A stretch of DNA of 13,127 nt, taken from the NCBI GenBank assembly GCA_964470745.1, contig CAYYEC010000047.1, positions 1-13,127 on the forward strand, read 5' to 3'. Origin of the DNA: an uncultured Eubacteriales bacterium (GTDB lineage Bacteria > Bacillota > Clostridia > DSM-8532 > CAYYEC01). The translations under genes and the position numbers were made by a program. Positions 1-5,656 of this stretch are shown one piece after another. The notes under the pieces are model-generated. The model was not told the origin of the DNA. It saw only the letters and a program-made list of their open reading frames with translations, and did not search any database. Every line of letters begins with the position of its first letter. The first letter of the stretch is position 1.

Positions 1-147
1 ACGTACAGTATAGCTACTGGTATAGCAGCAGGACTTATTTCTTACCCTATAATGAAGATATTTAAAGGTAAGGCAAAAGAAGTTCATCCTATTCTATATG
101 TACTTGCAATATTATTTATACTAAGATTTGTATTAATACCTTTATAA
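1..147 (+). CDS. C-terminal fragment of an NCS2/AzgA-family purine (adenine/guanine/hypoxanthine) permease; the 5' end lies outside the window
   Basis: Frame 1 is open from base 1 to the TAA at 145-147. It translates to TYSIATGIAAGLISYPIMKIFKGKAKEVHPILYVLAILFILRFVLIPL*, a hydrophobic tail with the (S/T)GIA(A/F)G...Y....K...GK..E(V/I)H motif typical of AzgA/PbuG-type permease C-termini. The ORF track does not list it because there is no start codon in the window. Confidence 0.5.
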   Translation, partial: TYSIATGIAAGLISYPIMKIFKGKAKEVHPILYVLAILFILRFVLIPL

Positions 148-161
148 TATATGAAGTTTAC

Positions 162-197
162 AATAAAGTCTGATAAGTGTGCTTATCAGACTTTATT
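162..197. terminator. Stem-loop with a 16-bp stem and 4-nt loop, immediately downstream of the permease stop
   Basis: AATAAAGTCTGATAAG (162-177), loop tgtg, CTTATCAGACTTTATT (182-197): a perfect 16-bp inverted repeat. The stem is AT-rich and no strong U-tract follows, so it would be a weak terminator on its own. It abuts the 30-bp stem below. Confidence 0.35.
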
Positions 198-275
198 AAT
201 ATCTTGAGGAACGATGAAATAATAATAACCGCTTCAAAATGGGAAATTATTATTTCATCGTTCCTCAAGATATTA
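197..275. terminator. 30-bp perfect inverted repeat with a 19-nt loop between convergent genes; probable bidirectional terminator, or a palindromic element
   Basis: Left arm 197-226 and right arm 246-275 are perfectly complementary, with a 22-bp core TCTTGAGGAACGATGAAATAAT / ATTATTTCATCGTTCCTCAAGA. The loop is aaccgcttcaaaatgggaa. On the + strand the stem is followed by TTTTG (276-280). The stop codon of the minus-strand gene (273-275) lies inside the right arm. Confidence 0.4.
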
Positions 276-854
276 TTTTGCAAAATAAGTATCAATAAGT
301 TTTTCCGCCAGCCTTTTACTTGCGTTGGCCTGGGCCACAAGCATTACAACTGCTAAAAACATTTCGGCGATCTCTCTATCGCTTTCAATTTTTTCTACTT
401 TGTTTTTAATCAAATCAAATTTTTTACTAAAAATATCACCAAAATCACTAAATTCCTTATCTACTATATCTAAATAAGTAGAATAAATATCTTCTAATGA
501 AATTATGTTATCTTCAGTTTTACTTATATCATTTAAAATTGGTCCAAAAAGTGAATGAATATCTCCTATTGATAAGATCTTCTTTAGGTTATAAACGATA
601 ATAAGTAAAATAATATGATCTTTACTTTATTTTTTATTTACTGAAGGCATCAGTATTTCTGCCTTAGTATAGTTATTGATCATAGTTTTTGTGAGCTGTT
701 TATCATCCTCATCCCTTTTTAAATGTGCAAACTTATTATTAATAAAAGTAGTTACCTGATCCATATACAATCCCATGTCGGGAATTTCTGAAAGCTTTAT
801 ATTATCAGTCAAAGATAATTCTTCAATAACTTTTGCGATATCTTCTTTCTTCAT
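273..854 (-). pseudogene. DUF1836-like protein reading frame, 75 aa + in-frame TAA (627-629) + 118 aa; a nonsense-interrupted gene or a sequencing error
   Basis: The listed 75-aa ORF (627-854) ends ...LTKTMINNYTKAEILMPSVNKK*. Reading on in the same frame through the TAA gives SKDHIILLIIVYNLKKILSIGDIHSLFGPILNDISKTEDNIISLEDIYSTYLDIVDKEFSDFGDIFSKKFDLIKNKVEKIESDREIAEMFLAVVMLVAQANASKRLAEKLIDTYFAK*, with a stop at 273-275. The combined ~194 aa contains L..IPD.GLYMDQV and LT.TMINNY.K motifs that I associate with DUF1836 proteins. A strong SD, AAGAGGTGA, sits 8 nt upstream of ATG 852-854 on the minus strand. Confidence 0.5.
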
Positions 855-1018
855 AAAATAATCACCTCTTAAATTTATTATATGGTATTAAAAACTATAT
901 TACAAGACTTTAAAAACGATAAATTGAGATAATCAAAGCAATTTGAAGAAAATTGATAAAAAAATAACAATATCATACGAGAATGAATACTGGAATACAT
1001 AGTTAAAATAAATAGAGT

Positions 1019-1047
1019 TTGTAGTATTCAATACTATGTGATATGAT
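1019..1047 (+). promoter_or_regulatory. Putative sigma-A promoter with a 15-bp palindrome in its spacer (candidate operator)
   Basis: TTGTAG (1019-1024), 17-bp spacer, then TGaTATGAT (1039-1047, extended -10). The spacer contains TAGTATT-C-AATACTA (1022-1036), a palindrome perfect except for the central base. GAATAC is also directly repeated at 985-990 and 993-998. Confidence 0.3.
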
Positions 1048-1116
1048 AATTACATCGACAACACAAAGAAGTACATACTACAATTGAGCTTATTAGTGAA
1101 AGGGGGAATAAGTAGG

Positions 1117-1377
1117 ATGTCAAATATTATAAAGATTAAGAGTGCTTTAGCTGTAGGACTCTGGATTATATTTTTTAGCGTTAAAAGAGTTGTTGATCCA
1201 ATATTTACTACAGAACAAGCACTAAAGCAAATGGAGGATACAGCAGCATCTTTTTATAGTCCGTCAATATATCAACAGTTGTGGAGTTTTGCCTGGTTGA
1301 TTCCATTATTTATTTGCTTGGTAATTTTTAAAAATGAAATTACAAATTTTTATTACAAAAAAAGAGGGGGATTTTGA
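1117..1377 (+). CDS. Small hypothetical membrane protein (86 aa, two predicted TM helices)
   Basis: ATG at 1117 is preceded by AAGGGGG (1099-1105) at 11 nt spacing. The TTG at 1084 that starts the listed ORF has no SD. Two hydrophobic segments are ALAVGLWIIFFSV and LWSFAWLIPLFICLVIF. The last codons (KKRGGF*) encode the SD of the next gene. Confidence 0.5.
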   Translation: MSNIIKIKSALAVGLWIIFFSVKRVVDPIFTTEQALKQMEDTAASFYSPSIYQQLWSFAWLIPLFICLVIFKNEITNFYYKKRGGF

Positions 1378-1379
1378 TT

Positions 1380-2318
1380 ATGAAAATAGCAAAGAAAACA
1401 ATTATTATTACAATGAGTTTATTAGTGATGACAGTAGTATTTGTGGGGTGTAAGCCATATGATAAGCCTGAATTAGTTACAATTGAACCATCTCAGACTG
1501 CATTTTTAATACCATTAGTAGGTAAGACTTCCGATCAGACAGAATTCATGAGTGAGAAATTTTTAGAAGGAGCAAAGGTAGCTACAAAAGAAATTCAAAT
1601 ACCTCATAGATGGCTACAGGAAGGAAGGGTGGAATATACTGGTAAGTGGATTCCATCAGCGAAATTAATTGTAGTCGAAAGAAAACCTGAAACAAGGGAA
1701 TGGACAGAAACTTCGGGAACAGGTACTTCTTCGAAAAATGAGGGAATTGTTGCAGAATCAAAAGAATCAATAAGCTTTATGGCAAGAATGAATTGTTCCG
1801 CTCAGATAGATGAATCAGATGCAGTAAAATTTTTATATAGATATAATAATAAGGCATTATCTGAAATCATGGATTTTGAATTAAGAGCAAGAGTTGAAAG
1901 TAATTTTGTTGAAGAATGTGCAAAGCTGTCATTAGAAGAAATTCTAATCAAAAAAGGTGAAATTATGGAAAATGTAAGAGAGGATGTTAAACAATATTTT
2001 AAGGAAAGAGGCATAACAGTAACTTCGTTAGGATTAAAAGGAGACTTTACATACGTAAATTCAGAAATACAAAAGTCAATAGATGAAAAGTTTAAATCAG
2101 CACAGGCCTTAATAACTCAAAAAAATGAAAATGAAAGAATTGTAAGCAAAGCAAAAGCTGATGCGGAAGCTATTAAAATACAAGCAGAAACAATTAAAGA
2201 CACTATTAGACTTAAGGAATTAGAAGTACAGGCAAAAACTATCGAGAAATGGGATGGTAAAATGCCTCAGTTTATGGGAGGAGAAAGTGGAACAATTTTA
2301 AATATACCTTTTAATTAA
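1380..2318 (+). CDS. SPFH/band-7 (prohibitin/flotillin-like) domain lipoprotein
   Basis: ATG at 1380 lies 10 nt after AGAGGGGG (1362-1369) and overlaps the stop of the upstream gene, so the two are translationally coupled. The N-terminus MKIAKKTIIITMSLLVMTVVFVGC is a signal peptide with a lipobox-like VFVG|C. The core LRARVESNFVEECAKLSLEEILIKKGEIMENVREDVKQYFKERGITVTSLGLKGDFTYVNSEIQKSIDEKFKSAQAL...AKADAEAIKIQAE follows the band-7 pattern (L..EIL..R.EI...V...L...GI.V..V.I.D...P.EV..A......AE.E..A.I..AE). Confidence 0.7.
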   Translation: MKIAKKTIIITMSLLVMTVVFVGCKPYDKPELVTIEPSQTAFLIPLVGKTSDQTEFMSEKFLEGAKVATKEIQIPHRWLQEGRVEYTGKWIPSAKLIVVERKPETREWTETSGTGTSSKNEGIVAESKESISFMARMNCSAQIDESDAVKFLYRYNNKALSEIMDFELRARVESNFVEECAKLSLEEILIKKGEIMENVREDVKQYFKERGITVTSLGLKGDFTYVNSEIQKSIDEKFKSAQALITQKNENERIVSKAKADAEAIKIQAETIKDTIRLKELEVQAKTIEKWDGKMPQFMGGESGTILNIPFN

Positions 2319-2412
2319 TATTAATAAGACCAGATGGCAGTTTGTACTATAGATTATGAAGATATCACAGACAATATTTGCAAGCGCATGAAGAAGGCGC
2401 TGCGACAGACAG

Positions 2413-2514
2413 AGTTACTATTCTTCTCAACAAGAGACTTCCAAAGTTTGTATCATGTGACTCCAAAAAAATAAGCTTGTTAACAAAACAAATATTTTGA
2501 GAAGAATAGTAACT
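2413..2514. repeat. 18-bp perfect inverted repeat flanking 66 nt, in the leader of the small membrane-protein gene
   Basis: AGTTACTATTCTTCTCAA (2413-2430) and its exact reverse complement TTGAGAAGAATAGTAACT (2497-2514). The 66-nt insert contains the 10-bp palindrome TTGTTAACAA (2477-2486). The right arm runs into the nested palindrome GTAACtGTTAC (2509-2519). Confidence 0.5.
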
Positions 2515-2542
2515 GTTACCTTAGAAAAAAGGAGGAGTAATA

Positions 2543-2866
2543 ATGCAATTTGCTTCAATTTCATTTACAATGACAGGAACATGTATTGCTGCAATTGGAT
2601 TTATAATAAGACAATTTAGCTTAGTTAATATAATTTTAGGATATGATCCTGATAAAGTGGTTAACAAGAAGGGGATGGCTAGATGGGTTGGCAAAAATCT
2701 TATGCTGATGGGTTTAACTTGTGCATTGCCAAGCTTTATACGAATGTTTATTATTAACTATGAAGGCTTTATTCCTTTATTTATTGAAGCTGCTTTGTAT
2801 TTAAGCATTATTGGCTTTTTTAGTCTAAGGCTGGCCAATGGATATAAGATGTTCGAAAAACCATAA
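2543..2866 (+). CDS. Small integral membrane protein (107 aa; possibly DUF3784-like)
   Basis: Strong SD AAGGAGG is 7 nt upstream of ATG 2543. There are three hydrophobic segments. The motif GYDPDKVVNKKGMARWVG between TM1 and TM2 is reminiscent of the AGYNTMSKEEKEKYD-type small membrane proteins. Confidence 0.55.
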   Translation: MQFASISFTMTGTCIAAIGFIIRQFSLVNIILGYDPDKVVNKKGMARWVGKNLMLMGLTCALPSFIRMFIINYEGFIPLFIEAALYLSIIGFFSLRLANGYKMFEKP

Positions 2867-2896
2867 TTATTATTGGTTTATCAAGGATTCTTTTTA

Positions 2897-2926
2897 TTGC
2901 CATATTTCAATTATATATGCTATAAT
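2897..2926 (+). promoter_or_regulatory. Probable sigma-A promoter of the sensor / histidine kinase / response regulator operon
   Basis: TTGCCA (2897-2902), 18-bp spacer, then TGcTATAAT (2918-2926, extended -10). This predicts a 5' leader of about 170 nt before ATG 3105. Confidence 0.4.
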
Positions 2927-3104
2927 CAAAAGTATCATTTATGAGTTATATAACTTTAGGTGCATGATTTGGCACTTGTTATATTAAAAAAATGTAAAGG
3001 ATTAAGCGCGAAATATATAATATTCATGTTTGGAAGGGGAAATCTGGTTTAAGGTACTATTTGAATTTTTCTGAAATTCCCTTAGTGAAAATAAGGAGGT
3101 TGAT

Positions 3105-4106
3105 ATGAAAAAAATCTACATTATTTTTGCTATAGCTATAATTTTAATAACGGTATTTGTTTTCATGGATTTTAAATTTGAAGAAGAAAATACAGATTTT
3201 TCAACATCATGTAATGATTCAGCTAAAAAAATTATTATGGGCTTTTCTCAAATTGGCTCTGAAAGTGAATGGCGAACAGCAAGCTCGAGATCGATTACTG
3301 AAGCAGCACAGGATGCTGATATAGAATTAAAATTTATGGATGCCCAGCAAAGACAGGAAAATCAGATTAAGGCCATTAGAGGGTTTATTGCACAGAGGGT
3401 TGATATAATTGCATTTACACCAATAATTCAGACTGGATGGGATTCTGTTTTAAGAGAAGCAAGAGATGCTGACATTCCTGTTATATTAGTTGATAGAACA
3501 ATTGATACTGAAGATTCTTCTTTATATGATGCATACATAGGGTCAGATTTTCTTGGAGAGGGAAAAAAGGCAGGCAAGTGGTTGGAAGATAGATTAAGTG
3601 GAATTGACAAGGAGATTAATATTTTTGAGATTGAAGGTACTATAGGTTCTGCTCCGGCTATAGAAAGAAAAGAAGGATTTTACAGTATTATAAAGGATCA
3701 TAAGAACATGAAAATAATTAAGTCAATAGCTGCAGATTTTATGCGTTCAAAAGGAAAAGAAGTGATGGAGGATTATCTAGAATCTCAAGGTTTAGGAATT
3801 GATGTTATCTATTCCCATAATGATGATATGGCATTAGGAGCAATTGAGGCATTAGAAGAAGCTGGTTTGAGGCCGGGAAAAGATATAGTGATAATATCAG
3901 TAGATGCAGTAAGAGGAGCTTTTGAGGCAATGATTGAAGGAAAATTAAATTGTTCAGTAGAATGTAATCCATTATTGGGTCCACAATTAATGAAATTAGC
4001 AAAAAATATTGTTATGGGTAAGGATGTTCCCAAAAAAACTATTGTGAATGAAGCTATATTTACTCAAGAAAATGCTAAGAGTGAGCTACCAAATAGAAAA
4101 TATTAA
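3105..4106 (+). CDS. Membrane-anchored periplasmic-binding-protein-fold sugar sensor (YtfQ-like type I sugar-binding protein), the first component of a three-component system
   Basis: SD AGGAGG is at 3094-3099. The N-terminus MKKIYIIFAIAIILITVFVFMDFKFEEE is a single TM anchor with no lipobox and an acidic stretch after the helix. The body carries GFSQIGSESEWR, QENQIKAIRGFIAQRVDIIAF, IPVILVDR, GTIGSAPAIERKEGF, HNDDMALGAIEAL and PGKDIVIISVD. These match the E. coli YtfQ pattern (GFSQVGSESGWR...QENQIKAVRSFVAQGVDAI...ELQGTVGASVAIDRKKGF...YAHNDDMVIGAIQAIKEAGLKPGKDI) and the binding protein at 7563-8588. Confidence 0.8.
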   Translation: MKKIYIIFAIAIILITVFVFMDFKFEEENTDFSTSCNDSAKKIIMGFSQIGSESEWRTASSRSITEAAQDADIELKFMDAQQRQENQIKAIRGFIAQRVDIIAFTPIIQTGWDSVLREARDADIPVILVDRTIDTEDSSLYDAYIGSDFLGEGKKAGKWLEDRLSGIDKEINIFEIEGTIGSAPAIERKEGFYSIIKDHKNMKIIKSIAADFMRSKGKEVMEDYLESQGLGIDVIYSHNDDMALGAIEALEEAGLRPGKDIVIISVDAVRGAFEAMIEGKLNCSVECNPLLGPQLMKLAKNIVMGKDVPKKTIVNEAIFTQENAKSELPNRKY

Positions 4107-4128
4107 TTGAAAATAAATGGAGGAAAAA

Positions 4129-5613
4129 ATGGTGAATAGTTTTTTTCCTGAATTAATTCATAAATATAGTATAAATAAAAATAAAATCAGTTCAAATATT
4201 AAGCTTTCAATTAGAAGTAAAATCCTTATATCTTTTGTTATTATAATATTAGTAATGATTAGTCTAAATTTGATGCTTTTACTTAGCTCATTAAAATATA
4301 ATAAACAATATAAAACTATAGTGAATAATATAACAACTATAAACAGGATAAATGGCATTTTAAAAACTAGAATTGATTTGGAAATGTGGAATATAGTTGC
4401 AGGGAAAACTGAGTTTAAAGATGGAAATCAATATGAAATAATAAATGACGCAAAACAAAGTATCAGAGAAATTATGGATAATGTAAGACTAGAAGAAAAT
4501 AGAATAAGATTAGATGTTACATTAAGGACTATAGATACACTTACAAACTATGTTGATATAATGGGAAAGCAGATTGAAAATAAAAGTAAAGTTGCAGAAA
4601 ATGAAAAAATTCTAGATGAAATAAGATCTGTTTCTTCTTTAATCGAAGATAATATCCAGGAATTCATATTGAATGAAATAACTTCAAGTGAAAAAGTAAG
4701 TGAAGACTTAGAGAGAAATACAAGCAGATGGCTTCTAACAAATCTTATTGTTATAGGAGTTACATTGCTTTTTTCAATGCTAATGGCTTGGATTATCTCA
4801 GGAAGTATTACCAAGCCTATAAGGGAACTACATAAAACTACTGCTTTGATAGCAAAGGGTAATTTTGATGTAAGGGTTGAACAGAATAGTGTTGATGAAA
4901 TTGCAGGTTTGAGTAGAAGCTTTAATACAATGATTGTTAAAATAAAAGAGCTTATTGAGAGGAATAAAAAGGAACAGGAAAATTTAAAGAAATCAGAGCT
5001 TAAAGTAATGCAGGCTCAAATAAATCCCCATTTTCTATATAATACTCTAGATACAATTGTATGGATGGCAGAAGCAAATAATATGAAGCAGGTCATAGAA
5101 ATAGTAAGAGCATTATCCAATTTTTTTAGGATTACATTGAGTCGTGGGAAAGATTGGATAAGTGTTCAGGATGAAGTAGAGCATGCGAAGAGCTATTTGA
5201 TAATACAAAAAATCAGGTATAGGGATATTTTAAATTTCAGCTTCGATATAGGTGAAGAAATGTTTAGCCATGCAATTTTAAAGTTGACATTACAGCCAAT
5301 AATAGAAAACGCTTTATATCATGGTATAAAAAACAAGAGATCAGGTGGGATACTACAGGTTAAGGGATATAAAGATGAAGACAGGTTGATATTTGAAGTC
5401 ATGGATGATGGTATGGGTATGACAAAAGAACGGCTTAGCGAAATCCAAACAGAACTTAATGTGGATTCTATTGAGCCAGTTCAAAAAGAAAGTGGATTTG
5501 GCCTAAATAATGTACATAGCAGAATAAAACTTTACTACGGTAAACAATATGGAATATCTATAGAAAGTAAGTATAAAGAAGGAACAAAAGTAACAATTTG
5601 TATACCTGCGTGA
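4129..5613 (+). CDS. Sensor histidine kinase, YesM/LytS (COG2972) type: TM1, ~150-aa extracytoplasmic domain, TM2, HAMP, His_kinase (PF06580), HATPase_c
   Basis: The ORF opens at ATG 4117, but GGAGG (4119-4123) favours ATG 4129 or GTG 4132. The domains visible in sequence are:
- TM1: ILISFVIIILVMISLNLMLLLSSL.
- TM2: WLLTNLIVIGVTLLFSMLMAWIISG.
- HAMP: SITKPIRELHKTTALIAKGNFDVRVEQNSVDEIAGLSRSFNTMIVKIKELI.
- His_kinase H-box: QAQINPHFLYNTLDTIVWMA.
- ATPase N-box IIENALYHGIKN and G-box GFGLNNVHSRIKLYYG.
Only 10 nt separate it from the sensor gene. Confidence 0.85.
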   Translation: MVNSFFPELIHKYSINKNKISSNIKLSIRSKILISFVIIILVMISLNLMLLLSSLKYNKQYKTIVNNITTINRINGILKTRIDLEMWNIVAGKTEFKDGNQYEIINDAKQSIREIMDNVRLEENRIRLDVTLRTIDTLTNYVDIMGKQIENKSKVAENEKILDEIRSVSSLIEDNIQEFILNEITSSEKVSEDLERNTSRWLLTNLIVIGVTLLFSMLMAWIISGSITKPIRELHKTTALIAKGNFDVRVEQNSVDEIAGLSRSFNTMIVKIKELIERNKKEQENLKKSELKVMQAQINPHFLYNTLDTIVWMAEANNMKQVIEIVRALSNFFRITLSRGKDWISVQDEVEHAKSYLIIQKIRYRDILNFSFDIGEEMFSHAILKLTLQPIIENALYHGIKNKRSGGILQVKGYKDEDRLIFEVMDDGMGMTKERLSEIQTELNVDSIEPVQKESGFGLNNVHSRIKLYYGKQYGISIESKYKEGTKVTICIPA

Positions 5614-5656
5614 GAATCTTTAATTTGTGCTATAGATAAGATAAAGGGTGAATGAG

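Noticed and set aside
158-340. 60-aa minus-strand ORF (MWPRPTQVKG...)
   Set aside because: It lies entirely across the two perfect hairpins and the 3' end of the DUF1836-like frame. It has no SD and its low-complexity translation is an artefact of the palindromes.
1582-2014. Minus-strand ORFs 1582-1770 and 1802-2014 inside the SPFH gene
   Set aside because: They are antisense to a well-supported CDS with family motifs. They are leucine/serine-rich AT-frame artefacts with no ribosome-binding sites.
2477-2486. TTGTTAACAA palindrome as a possible Rex operator
   Set aside because: Only 10 bp of the ~18-bp Rex consensus (TTGTTAANNNNTTAACAA) are present, and the second half-site is missing at the right spacing. 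It is noted inside the 18-bp inverted-repeat finding instead.
2857-2880. AAACCA...TGGTTT 6-bp stem spanning the stop of the 2543-2866 gene, as a terminator
   Set aside because: The stem is short and AT-rich, and the T-run (2891-2895) is ~10 nt away. That is too weak to call. The next promoter (2897-2926) would in any case restart transcription.
3105-4106. Interpreting the first binding protein as an ordinary transporter binding protein of a second, incomplete ABC system
   Set aside because: It has a TM anchor rather than a lipoprotein signal. It is followed directly, with a 10-nt gap, by a histidine kinase and regulator rather than by permease or ATPase genes. This is the hallmark of the XylFII-type sensor arrangement.
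3428-4814. Minus-strand ORFs 3428-3610, 3805-4002, 3809-4033, 4158-4358 and 4548-4814
   Set aside because: They are antisense to the sensor and histidine-kinase genes, whose translations carry unmistakable binding-protein and kinase motifs. They are typical shadow ORFs of AT-rich coding DNA.
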